Assembly: GCA_041739665.1 (NCBI GenBank)
Contig: JBGSNK010000108.1
Span: 3,918-67,917 of the forward strand
Reading direction: 5' to 3'
DNA: 64,000 bases
Source: Bdellovibrionales bacterium
Lineage (GTDB): Bacteria > Bdellovibrionota > Bdellovibrionia > Bdellovibrionales > JAGQZY01
Part shown: one piece after another, positions 9,699 through 18,293 of the stretch
How the letters are laid out: the number at the start of each line of letters is the position of its first letter
Numbering within the stretch: the first letter of the stretch is position 1
Notes under the pieces: generated by a model
What the model saw: only the letters and a program-made list of their open reading frames with translations
Databases searched by the model: none
Told to the model about the DNA's origin: nothing
Made by a program: the position numbers and the translations under genes

Positions 9699-9774
9699 AA
9701 ATAAAGAGACCACCCTCACCTTGCTCGTCTGAGCTGCCGACGTATAAGTCCGCAGGACGAACTCGGAGAGGGTG
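9699..9774 (-). terminator. Long imperfect hairpin (9711-9774) followed on the minus strand by TCTCTTTATTT
   Basis: CACCCTC..TCGTC..CTGC-C-GAC gtataa GTC-C-GCAG..GACGA..GAGGGTG. The T-rich run is on the minus strand only. Confidence 0.3.
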
Positions 9775-9819
9775 ATAAAAAGAGAGCAAAGGTCAGAGAG
9801 GGGATTCCCTGACCTTTGC
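9775..9819 (-). terminator. Perfect 11-bp hairpin (9786-9819) followed on the minus strand by TCTCTTTTTAT
   Basis: GCAAAGGTCAG-(12 nt)-CTGACCTTTGC. On the plus strand it is followed by a G-rich run, so the orientation is minus. No annotated minus-strand gene lies upstream of it. Confidence 0.4.
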
Positions 9820-10167
9820 AGGGGGGTGGGGTTTTGGGATGTCTTTTGGGGAAAGACATGTTCATTCTTTGTACTGTCCTACAAAGCAGGAAGTGTGCCA
9901 CCCTTATTACCTTTTTCTTGGCTTCTGAGGCTATTTTCCTGGCATTGCAAGCATAATGTGAGTCAATCTGTCACACATGGGGTGTAACGAGGTGTTGCAG
10001 AGTTACATGCCACAAAAACTAAAATGCATTGATTGAAACACAATTGGATCTGTCGAGTTTGTGGTCGGCTGAGTGACAATTTTGTTTTATTTGGTCCCGA
10101 TGATGATTTGCAGCTCGAGAGAGTACATCTAAACATTTGAAATTATTAAGTTTTTAATGTCTCAATT

Positions 10168-10183
10168 TGGTACTGCCCTTGCA
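10168..10183 (+). promoter_or_regulatory. Candidate sigma-54 (-24/-12) promoter
   Basis: TGGTAC-tgccc-TTGCA versus the consensus TGGCAC-N5-TTGCW. GG/GC spacing is correct and there is one mismatch. It lies 34 nt upstream of ATG 10217. Confidence 0.5.
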
Positions 10184-10216
10184 CTAAGGGGGTGTGAACA
10201 AGAAGGAGACACAAAC

Positions 10217-10969
10217 ATGAAACACTATAAAACATTAATATTAGGATTTATTGTAACGATGGCTTTTGCAGCCTGTGGCGAAGGCTTTAAAGCCAATCAC
10301 TCGGCTGCTAAATCTGCAACAGACGGGGCCGCAGCTACCCCTCCGGCAAGTGAAACCCCTGCTGCAACTGATGAAGCTGTGATTCGTGAATACGGCGCGG
10401 ATCCACTCTCTTTAGACGAAAATAATAGATTAGACCAAGAAATTGGAGCTTTTGAAATCACAACCGAGATTGTCAGCCACCCAGGTGGTGCCTCCGACGT
10501 TTTACGTGTGATCAAAGCAAGCTTTATGGGTGAGAGTTGTAATTCACCTGTATTAAATATTGAAAATTCGACAGCATCTATCAACGAGTTGCAATCGCGC
10601 AGCCGAATTACAGTGGGAACATCCAGTCAATACCAAGTCGATGTTTTGTGTACCAATAGTACATGTAGTGAGTTGGCAGCAACATTGATTCGCAATCGTT
10701 CGAACCAAGGTATCAGCTTAGCTTTTTATGGCCTTGTTGCTACAAAAACAGAAACTGCTGGCAGTACTGTTACTAGAACCTATACTTCCAGGCAGTCACT
10801 TGCTCCTGGATTTAGCACTGTCATGGGGTTAGCGGAAAAATTTAATTCTTGTATCCAAGGTCCTTTTCAGCCGGTAGCTGGCGACCCTACTGCTGGTGAT
10901 TTTGTCGAGCAAAACAACAGCCAGACTACAGAAAATCGTATTTTCTTTCCCCAAACTCAGGCCCTTTAA
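10217..10969 (+). CDS. Lipoprotein, 250 aa, unknown family (paralogue of 28650..29402)
   Basis: AGGAG at 10205-10209. Lipobox-like ..MAFAA|C with Cys20. Cys at 20/108/145/150/212. The ORF-track start 10157 runs through the promoter and is rejected. Confidence 0.7.
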   Translation: MKHYKTLILGFIVTMAFAACGEGFKANHSAAKSATDGAAATPPASETPAATDEAVIREYGADPLSLDENNRLDQEIGAFEITTEIVSHPGGASDVLRVIKASFMGESCNSPVLNIENSTASINELQSRSRITVGTSSQYQVDVLCTNSTCSELAATLIRNRSNQGISLAFYGLVATKTETAGSTVTRTYTSRQSLAPGFSTVMGLAEKFNSCIQGPFQPVAGDPTAGDFVEQNNSQTTENRIFFPQTQAL

Positions 10970-10993
10970 ATCCTAACAATCCTCCTTTTTGTG

Positions 10994-11024
10994 AAGCCCC
11001 TTAGTTGACTAAGGGGCTTTTTTT
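10994..11024 (+). terminator. Rho-independent terminator
   Basis: AAGCCCCTTA-gttgac-TAAGGGGCTT followed by a T-run. Confidence 0.85.
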
Positions 11025-11167
11025 ATTCTGGTTTATATTCTGAGATCCCATGCTATTTTTTAATTGAATGCGAAATAGCCTTAAAATTATGCGACTTGGC
11101 TTGTTTGCCATTTGCACGAAAGAGTCTTAACAACTTTGGTCCCTTTGTGCCATGATTGTGTAACGCT

Positions 11168-12409
11168 ATGAAAGCCATGAACAATAATGAGCTCGATGAC
11201 CTGTGCCAAAGCTTGCTTCCTTATTTAGGCGGTCGATTGGATCGCATTCATTTTGATGAGAAGGTGTTACAGCTGCGCTGGTCCACTCCTAAGCGTCCCG
11301 CCGTTTGGTTAACAGTTTCTATGAAACCGGGGCAGCCCTTTGTTTTTGCTAGTTGTGAGCGGATTTCTTTAGTCAAACCTTTGAAAAAGCCACTTGCCTT
11401 GTTTTTGAGAACTCACTTTAGCAATAGCACACTGGTCAGTTGCAATCGACAAGAGGAGTGGGGGCGAGTGGTCGTGCTCGAATTGACTTTAGATGGCGAT
11501 GATTTGGGCCAAGAAGGCCTTATCGAAATCTCCCTCGTGCCGGGTGCCGTAAATATCAAAGCGCAGGTGGCCAATAAAGTGGTTCACGCTTTTAAACCAA
11601 AGCCAATAAAAAAACAGGAGTCATCAGCAGAGAGTGAGCTAGAATTTAAAGTCCGTCCCCCAGAGTTTTTTTTGCAGGCTTGGCAGAAGCAACAAAGTCC
11701 ATCTGAAAAGCGAGTGCCAATGGACCATAAAAAAAATTTAGAGAAAAAGCAAAAAGCCTTGCTAAAGATGCAAGAAAAGGTCGATCGGCAAAATGAAAAC
11801 TCATGGTCTCTGGTTGGGCATTTTTTAAAACAGCAATCCACTTTGGACGATTTGCCTGAAGAGTACCAAGGCTTTGTGGATCTTAACAAAAGTGTGGTTT
11901 GGAATATAGAAAACTGTTTTCAACAAGCCAAAAAAAATCAGGGAAAGGTCGCGGGGACGTTGAGTCGGATCGAGGAACTCAAAAAAGAAATAGCGTTGCT
12001 TGAATCTGGAAAAGAAACGACTCCGCCCCCAAAAGCTAAAAGTTTATTCCAACAATCCGATGCCAAAGGGCGAACAATTGATCTCGGAAAAATGCGCTTA
12101 TTTGTTGGTCGTTCGGGGTCAGAAAATTTAAAAATCTTACGCAAAGCTAAGGCTTGGTATTTATGGCTTCACATTCGCGATTATCCGGGGGCCTTTGGCG
12201 TCATCGAAAAGCCGAAGGGTGGGGACGATCTCAATCTTGAGGTGTTACAAGAGGCTGCACGTGCGGTCATTCAACAATCCCTACCCAAATCGGCCCAGGG
12301 AGTTTTTGATGTGCTTTATACCGAATGTCGTTATGTGCGTCCCATCAAGGGGGCAAAGGCTGGACAAGTCACCTATTCCCATGAAAGAGTAATATCCGTA
12401 AAGGTTTAG
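11168..12409 (+). CDS. NFACT-family (RqcH/FbpA-like, DUF814) protein, short form
   Basis: The C-terminal ..GRSGSENLKILRKAKAWYLWLHIRDYPGAFGVI.. matches the NFACT-R/DUF814 signature. There is a central Lys/Glu-rich helical region. TTG 11156 and ATG 11177 are alternative starts. Confidence 0.6.
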   Translation: MKAMNNNELDDLCQSLLPYLGGRLDRIHFDEKVLQLRWSTPKRPAVWLTVSMKPGQPFVFASCERISLVKPLKKPLALFLRTHFSNSTLVSCNRQEEWGRVVVLELTLDGDDLGQEGLIEISLVPGAVNIKAQVANKVVHAFKPKPIKKQESSAESELEFKVRPPEFFLQAWQKQQSPSEKRVPMDHKKNLEKKQKALLKMQEKVDRQNENSWSLVGHFLKQQSTLDDLPEEYQGFVDLNKSVVWNIENCFQQAKKNQGKVAGTLSRIEELKKEIALLESGKETTPPPKAKSLFQQSDAKGRTIDLGKMRLFVGRSGSENLKILRKAKAWYLWLHIRDYPGAFGVIEKPKGGDDLNLEVLQEAARAVIQQSLPKSAQGVFDVLYTECRYVRPIKGAKAGQVTYSHERVISVKV

Positions 12410-12410
12410 C

Positions 12411-13325
12411 ATGATAGAGGTCAAATCATTAAGTAAACGTTTTGGTGACCTTTGGGCGCTGAAAAACACCACTTGGTCCGTGCAAGATGGTCGCTCGTTG
12501 GGTTTGTTGGGTCCAAATGGGGCGGGGAAGTCGACCACCATGAAAATTATGACTGGTCTTCTTTGCGCAAGCGAGGGCGAAGTTTTGATCGACGGCGAAA
12601 ACATTATGACCCATCCCATTTTAGCTAAGAAAAAAATGGGTTACTTATCAGAGGCTCCCCCTCTATACGATGAACTTAAAGTTTACGATTTTCTCAAATT
12701 TATCTGTGGTTTAAAATCAGTGCCCAAGAATCTTCGCAATGGGCAAATTGATTTGGTGATCGATAAGCTCAAATTACAAGAGGTTGTGTTTCGAGAGATC
12801 AGTCACTTGTCCAAAGGTTTTCGTCAGCGAGTGGGCATTGCCCAAGCCCTCTTGGGCGAACCAAGAATTTTAATTTTAGATGAACCATCCGTAGGTTTGG
12901 ATCCCCATCAAGTCTATGAGTTGCGAAACATCATCAAGGATTTAAAGAAAGATCACATTATTGTTTTGTCGACCCATATTTTATCCGAAGTACAACAAAT
13001 TTGTGATGATGTGGTGATCCTCGACAAAGGCGAAGTGAAAACCCAAGGACCCCTATCTGAAATCTTAAAGCAGGGGCGAGGACAGCAAATGATTATCATT
13101 CACCTCAGCGAATACAAAGAGGGTCTTGAGACTGTTTTGCAAAAGCTGCCCGAAGTGGCTCGACTTGAACTCAAGGAAAAGACTGTAAATTTGTGGCTGG
13201 CTAGTGATCAGGTCCCTGACCTCAATGTTTACATCAATGCTATAATGGCCCACGGTTGTGGAATCCGTTCTATTGAGCAAAAGCAGCAGCATTTGGAAGA
13301 TGTGTTTATCGAGGTGACGCGATGA
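12411..13325 (+). CDS. ABC transporter ATP-binding protein (ABC-2 / GldA-like)
   Basis: Walker A GPNGAGKST, signature LSKGFRQR, Walker B ILILDEP. Confidence 0.88.
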   Translation: MIEVKSLSKRFGDLWALKNTTWSVQDGRSLGLLGPNGAGKSTTMKIMTGLLCASEGEVLIDGENIMTHPILAKKKMGYLSEAPPLYDELKVYDFLKFICGLKSVPKNLRNGQIDLVIDKLKLQEVVFREISHLSKGFRQRVGIAQALLGEPRILILDEPSVGLDPHQVYELRNIIKDLKKDHIIVLSTHILSEVQQICDDVVILDKGEVKTQGPLSEILKQGRGQQMIIIHLSEYKEGLETVLQKLPEVARLELKEKTVNLWLASDQVPDLNVYINAIMAHGCGIRSIEQKQQHLEDVFIEVTR

Positions 13326-14095
13326 TCAGTCCTATAGCCGCTATTTGGAAAAAGGACATCAAAGGTTTTCTCACTCAACCCATGTTTTATATGGTAGTGG
13401 GGATGTTTTTGGTGCTTCTCGCCATTCTCTTTACTTTTCAACTTTACAATTTTGTGACCCAGTCCTTTCAGGTGATGGCCAGTGGTCAAGCAACTAGCGG
13501 TCTTAATATTTATCATCATCTCATTGCAAATCATATTGTGATCACCCATTATATTTTAGTTTTTGTCATTGCTGTGCTGAGCTTGCGCTTCTTTTCAGAA
13601 GAAAAGAAAATGAAGACTTTTCCAGTTTATCTTTACAGTCCTATCTGTTCTTGGCAGATTGTTTTAGGCAAGTGGCTTGTGGGAGCAACCATGGTGGCTA
13701 CTTTACTTTTGATTTCGGCGGCCTATCCCTTGTCGCTTATGTTTTTTATCAAAATTCCATTGGACCTAGTCTTCTTTGGCTACTTGGGGCTGTTTTTAAT
13801 TTTGTGTTTGTATATGAGTGCTGCCCTTTTGGCTTCTGCCTTAACCGACTCCTTGATCTTCAGTGTGGTCTTAGCCCTGATTTTTAATATAACGATTTTA
13901 TTATTAGGTGTAGGGCGAGAGTTCACAGACCTTGAGATTTTACAAAACTTTTTTAGCTTTGTTTCGATCGATTACCACTTTGGTTTCTTTAAAAAGGGAA
14001 TTTTTAATTTAGCCTCTTTCTTTTATTTGCTCAGCTTTTCTTTTTTTCTCAGCTTAGTGACCGAGCGAATTATTGAATCCCACAGGTGGAGATAA
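13322..14095 (+). CDS. ABC-2 type permease (GldF-like)
   Basis: 4-nt overlap with the ATPase gene. About 6 hydrophobic helices. Position and size are typical of GldF-type permeases. Confidence 0.65.
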   Translation: MISPIAAIWKKDIKGFLTQPMFYMVVGMFLVLLAILFTFQLYNFVTQSFQVMASGQATSGLNIYHHLIANHIVITHYILVFVIAVLSLRFFSEEKKMKTFPVYLYSPICSWQIVLGKWLVGATMVATLLLISAAYPLSLMFFIKIPLDLVFFGYLGLFLILCLYMSAALLASALTDSLIFSVVLALIFNITILLLGVGREFTDLEILQNFFSFVSIDYHFGFFKKGIFNLASFFYLLSFSFFLSLVTERIIESHRWR

Positions 14096-15600
14096 GAGTG
14101 AATAGATTGGGCAAAGTATCTTTGATTCTATCCCTTTTCTGCTTTCTGGTCACAGTGGGTTTTAAATTGGCCCTATCTGGTTGGATGCCCTTTTTGAGCC
14201 TTGGCTTGGGAGTAGCCCTCTTCTTTTTTGTGTTCGCCTTAGTTGTGAACATCAAATACCTTAAAGTTCTTTTGAAATCTGAGTCGTTGCACTTTGTTGG
14301 CAAAAGTTTGTTGGTTATCTTTCTTAGCTTTGTTCTACTCGTTTCGTTGAATTATATTGTTTTTAAAATAAACTTTTTTAAAGATATGACCGACAATAAA
14401 ATCCACAGTCTACAGCCGCTAACTGTGAGTCTCTTAAGAGCTTTGCCCGAGAAAGTGGAATTTTTTTATTTTCATGTCGATAATGAATTCGTCAAAGGCT
14501 TTGAAAAAATTGTTCGTGACGAAGTTCAGCGTTATAAGAACATAAATAATAATATTATTTTTCACAGTTATTCTGTTTTCAAGCGTCCCGATTTGGCGAA
14601 AGAATTTAAAGTGGCCGACGAACAGTCCACCCTTTATCTGCGCTACAAAGGACGCATCCAGAGGGTGTCGGATTTAAAAGAAGTGGATATTCTGAATGCT
14701 CTTTTGAAACTGACCAAAGACCCAAAAAAAATCTATTTTCTAAGCTCTCATAAAACTCGCCAGATTGATGACTCTTCTACATTTGGCTTGAGTTCCATGA
14801 AAGAGCAACTCGAACGCTTGCACTATCAGTTGGACAACCTCAAGAGCTTGGATCAGATTCCAGTAGATGCGACTTTGCTTGCGATTGTAGGTCCTAGGCA
14901 GCAATTTTTGCCTCAAGAAACTTTGTTATTAGAAAAATATCTACGGGCCGGTGGTTCTTTACTTATGGCACTCGATCCAGGCGAGAGCGGCGGTTACGAG
15001 TCCTTTTTAAAAGCCTTTGGAATTCAATTCGAAAATAATTTTATATTTGATGAACAAAGCCAAGTGGGACAATCTCCACTGCTGGTTATCACCCATGGCG
15101 GTGAGGATCTTCACGAGGTGCCTCGTAGCTTAACGGACGGTCAAAACCCCTTCTTTTTTATCAGCTCATCCGTGGAGGTCTTGCCCGAAAAAGTTGAGGG
15201 TCGCCAGATTTCTTCTTTGCTAGAGTATCTGCCGACAGCAAAAGCAAGGGCTGATATTGATCCTAAAAGTGATGTTGTCAAGTCGGGGAGAATGCGTGCG
15301 GCTGTCCTCAGTGAAGGTCTCGAGGAATCTGATTTTTACAGACTAGCTGTCGTAGGGGACAGTGACTTTTTGACCAATCAGTTTAGTCAGCAGGCGGGAA
15401 CTTTTGATTTTATTGTTTCCTTAGTGAGCTATTTGTCTAAAGATGAAGATCTCTTAAAAGTGCGTCCGTCTTTGCCAGAGGCAACACCGCTGACTTTGAC
15501 CCAAACCCAGTTGAATCTGTATTTTCTATTTTTTATTTTACCTTATGCCTTCATCTTTTTTGCAGGGGCTTTATTTTTTAAGCTTAGGAGATTCTTTTGA
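14086..15600 (+). CDS. GldG-like ABC-transport auxiliary protein
   Basis: N- and C-terminal TM helices flank a large soluble domain. It is the third gene of a GldA/GldF/GldG-type module. GTG start overlaps the permease gene. Confidence 0.55.
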   Translation: MEIRVNRLGKVSLILSLFCFLVTVGFKLALSGWMPFLSLGLGVALFFFVFALVVNIKYLKVLLKSESLHFVGKSLLVIFLSFVLLVSLNYIVFKINFFKDMTDNKIHSLQPLTVSLLRALPEKVEFFYFHVDNEFVKGFEKIVRDEVQRYKNINNNIIFHSYSVFKRPDLAKEFKVADEQSTLYLRYKGRIQRVSDLKEVDILNALLKLTKDPKKIYFLSSHKTRQIDDSSTFGLSSMKEQLERLHYQLDNLKSLDQIPVDATLLAIVGPRQQFLPQETLLLEKYLRAGGSLLMALDPGESGGYESFLKAFGIQFENNFIFDEQSQVGQSPLLVITHGGEDLHEVPRSLTDGQNPFFFISSSVEVLPEKVEGRQISSLLEYLPTAKARADIDPKSDVVKSGRMRAAVLSEGLEESDFYRLAVVGDSDFLTNQFSQQAGTFDFIVSLVSYLSKDEDLLKVRPSLPEATPLTLTQTQLNLYFLFFILPYAFIFFAGALFFKLRRFF

Positions 15601-16487
15601 AGAAGATAATCGCATTGAGTGCCGTCACCCTGTATGTGCTATTTGTAGCCTACTATCAAATTTATCAAAAAGAACGAGGTGGCACGAACCGCAGTTATGA
15701 TCAGAAGTTTTTTTTCGACTTTAAAACTTTAGATAATCTTAAAATAACAACACCCAGCCATAACCTCACTTTAAAGTTACGTGATGGCTTGTGGTGGGTG
15801 ACTGAACCTTTTGAATATCCCGCGGATCAAGAGTTTATTGAAAAAAATCTTAGGATTATTGATCAAACTTTAGTGGAAAATATTTTTATAAATAATGAGC
15901 GCGATTACTACGGCTTTAATCCTGGGCAAGGAAGCATTGAGTTCAATCATAGCGATGGAACGTCGAAGCGCTTTATCTTGGGGGAGGAAGAAGCCCCGCA
16001 AAATAGGCTCTACCTTTTTAATCCAAAGTCTCAAGAGGTGTTGGTGGTACATAACCTTTGGGGACAATTTTTTTATCATTCAACAGACATGTTTTTTTCT
16101 AAAGGTTTGCCGATTGATGGTCTGCAGATCAAGTCTGTGGACTTTTATATTGACCAGCAAAAAATTTGGCAGGTGAAAGCCAGTTCTTCAAAGTTAGTCG
16201 AGATTCTCTTTGAGAATCAAAAAAAGTCGATGAAGAAAGCTCAGCTCATGTGGTTTTTTAAGAGAATGTCGGAATTAACCTTAAGTGATCTCAATCCTCT
16301 TCTAGAGTCCGGTGTGCAGGGAGGACAAGCATTAAGTATCGAAACTGAGCATGGTAGCACCGATTATATTTTTGATGAAGAGCATGGTGTCGTTTATATA
16401 CCCAAAAAGAAACTGCGTGCTCGTTACGAAAGATCCGATCTTACATCCCTGATAAATGAGCTTAAGAAGGTGGTTCAAGGTGATTAA
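15597..16487 (+). CDS. DUF4340-like membrane-anchored protein (usual partner of GldG-type genes)
   Basis: TTG start overlaps the GldG-like stop. Single N-terminal TM helix. The assignment comes from position and architecture only. Confidence 0.45.
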   Translation: MKKIIALSAVTLYVLFVAYYQIYQKERGGTNRSYDQKFFFDFKTLDNLKITTPSHNLTLKLRDGLWWVTEPFEYPADQEFIEKNLRIIDQTLVENIFINNERDYYGFNPGQGSIEFNHSDGTSKRFILGEEEAPQNRLYLFNPKSQEVLVVHNLWGQFFYHSTDMFFSKGLPIDGLQIKSVDFYIDQQKIWQVKASSSKLVEILFENQKKSMKKAQLMWFFKRMSELTLSDLNPLLESGVQGGQALSIETEHGSTDYIFDEEHGVVYIPKKKLRARYERSDLTSLINELKKVVQGD

Positions 16488-17466
16488 AAACGAAGTCTTT
16501 ATTCAATCCCCAACACGTATTGATTTTGCTGGCGGAACATTAGACTGCTGGCCCATTAATGCATTTCTCAGCCCGGTCACGACGGTTAATGTGGGGATTA
16601 GTATCTTCACGACTTGTCGTTTAAGCTTGCGCGATGATGCTAAAATTTTGATTCACAGTCGTGAGACTAACGCAAATTTTGAATTTGAGAACTTAGAGCA
16701 ACTGATGCAAGACAACAGCCCCAGCCTCACTTTCTTTAAAGAGCACATTAATTATTGGAAACCTAATTTTGGCTTTAATTTATCCGTTCAAAGTGACAGT
16801 CCTGTGGGGGGTGGTTTAGGTGGAAGTTCAAGTCTTTCCATTTCAATTTTTAAGGCATTTTGTCAGCTCCAGGAAGTCGAATTGTCGGATCTCAAAATGG
16901 TCGATTTGTGCGCTGGAATTGAAGCCAAGATTTTAAAGATGCCCACTGGAACTCAAGACTATTTTCCAGCCTTGCGTGGAGGTTTTAACATCATTGATTA
17001 TAATTATGGTCAGCCCCAGGTCCAAGTCCTTCCGGTTAACGACCTCAACATCAATAAAAATATCTCTATCTTTTTTACCGGTCGCTCTCATTTTTCTGGG
17101 ATTAATAACTGGCAAGTTATCAAGAAAATGATTGATGGCGACAAGCAGACCTGGCTTGCGCTTGAAAAAATCCGCGACGTCTCAGCTCAGGTAAAGGAAG
17201 TGGTTATTGAGCAAGACTGGGGAAAGCTACCCGCTCTTTTTCAAGCCGAATTTGATGCACGCATGCTTTTGGCAGAGAGTTTTTCCTCTCCAGAAATTGA
17301 AATGCTTGCAAAAGTGGCTCTTCAATCAGGGGGTGATGCTATCAATATCTGCGGAGCTGGTGGCGGTGGTTGTGTGTTTATTTGGTCTACAGCTGATAAT
17401 CGACAGCGGGTGATCAAGGCCTGTGTCGACGCTGGTTTTACTCACCTTGATGTTGAGCTTATATGA
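16456..17466 (+). CDS. GHMP-family sugar kinase (HddA/fucokinase-like)
   Basis: GHMP motif DSPVGGGLGGSSSLSIS. N-terminal ..PTRIDFAGGTLDCWP.. GTG 16480 is an alternative start with AAGAAGG upstream. Confidence 0.75.
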   Translation: MSLRRWFKVIKNEVFIQSPTRIDFAGGTLDCWPINAFLSPVTTVNVGISIFTTCRLSLRDDAKILIHSRETNANFEFENLEQLMQDNSPSLTFFKEHINYWKPNFGFNLSVQSDSPVGGGLGGSSSLSISIFKAFCQLQEVELSDLKMVDLCAGIEAKILKMPTGTQDYFPALRGGFNIIDYNYGQPQVQVLPVNDLNINKNISIFFTGRSHFSGINNWQVIKKMIDGDKQTWLALEKIRDVSAQVKEVVIEQDWGKLPALFQAEFDARMLLAESFSSPEIEMLAKVALQSGGDAINICGAGGGGCVFIWSTADNRQRVIKACVDAGFTHLDVELI

Positions 17467-18293
17467 GTGAGCCGACATTCAAGGTGCTTCAATTTGCAGG
17501 ACTCACTTTAGGTGGAGGCAAAGGCCGTAAAACAAGCCTCTGCGTTTTAGAATATTATCTGAAGGAGAAAAAGCTTTTTTTAAAGGAACTGCACGAAAAT
17601 ATTGAAGAAAAGGGGCGAACCTCGTCTGACACCCTTATAGTTAAAAAATTAGAGAAGCAAAAAAAAATACTACACACTGTGGGTGTCGATGCTCCGTTGA
17701 AATTGCCAAAATGTCTTCGCTGTCGGCTTGAGTGTCCTGGACATGAGAAGTGCGACGAAATTGAAATCCAATGGATGTGGAAGTGGCACAAAAAGCGCCA
17801 CCCCAACAAAAGACCGAACAAGATCTTCACTCCCTACACTGAACGCTGTGTGGAACAGTATCTCATGCAAGAAATCTCTCCGGATGTTTACCCGGGTCAC
17901 GCTATGGGTAGCAATCGTGCTCCATTAACCGCGCGCGCTCTTTATCTTAAGAGACGCTTAAAAGATATTAAAATGGTCGAAGTCTATCCGCGCCTGAGCG
18001 TCTGGCAGTTAGGAAAAGAGTTGGGTTTGCGTAAATCTTATTTAGCCGACTACCGGAATGTGACCCATGGAGAGGACGCTCGCCATCATTTTTTAGAGCG
18101 CTGGAGCGAACAAGGGCTGAGTTTTATTTATCATCGAGACTTCAGGCAAATGGTGCGCGATGTTTATGCCTTTGAGGCTTTCTTTTGTGCATACACGGCC
18201 TTCCTTCAGTATAAAGGACAATGTCAGCCGCGTCCAAAAGGTTTTCCTGCTTCAGAGGCTTGGATTTCGTTTCCTCGCCTGGACAAAGACTAA
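17463..18293 (+). CDS. Hypothetical protein, possibly DUF429/RNase-H-like fold, with Cys-cluster insertion
   Basis: ATGA overlap with the kinase gene. ..CLRCRLECPGHEKC.. cluster. ..VEVYPRLSVWQL.. and ..AFEAFFCAYTA.. weakly resemble DUF429 motifs. Confidence 0.35.
   Translation: MSEPTFKVLQFAGLTLGGGKGRKTSLCVLEYYLKEKKLFLKELHENIEEKGRTSSDTLIVKKLEKQKKILHTVGVDAPLKLPKCLRCRLECPGHEKCDEIEIQWMWKWHKKRHPNKRPNKIFTPYTERCVEQYLMQEISPDVYPGHAMGSNRAPLTARALYLKRRLKDIKMVEVYPRLSVWQLGKELGLRKSYLADYRNVTHGEDARHHFLERWSEQGLSFIYHRDFRQMVRDVYAFEAFFCAYTAFLQYKGQCQPRPKGFPASEAWISFPRLDKD

Noticed and set aside
9940-9954. TGGCATTGCAAGCAT, which looks like a sigma-54 box at first sight
   Set aside because: The GC dinucleotide is 2 nt too close to the GG (GG-N8-GC instead of GG-N10-GC), so it does not fit the -24/-12 geometry.
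9716-9987. 61-aa (minus) and 71-aa (plus) ORFs in the gap after the methyltransferase gene
   Set aside because: Both run straight through strong stem-loops, have Pro/Ser/Arg-rich or odd composition and lack an RBS. I treat the region as non-coding structured DNA/RNA.
10114-10119. CTCGAG palindrome upstream of both sigma-54 candidates (also at 28537-28542) as a possible shared activator site
   Set aside because: Only a 6-7 nt match, at different distances from the -24 element (55 versus 69 nt). This is too short to distinguish from chance without comparative data.
9963-10136. 57-codon Cys-rich ORF (MFRCTLSSCKSSSGPNK...) on the minus strand upstream of the minus-strand terminators
   Set aside because: There is no Shine-Dalgarno sequence, whereas most real genes here have one, and ORFs of this length arise by chance in AT-rich spacers. 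I kept it only as an alternative explanation in the sRNA finding.
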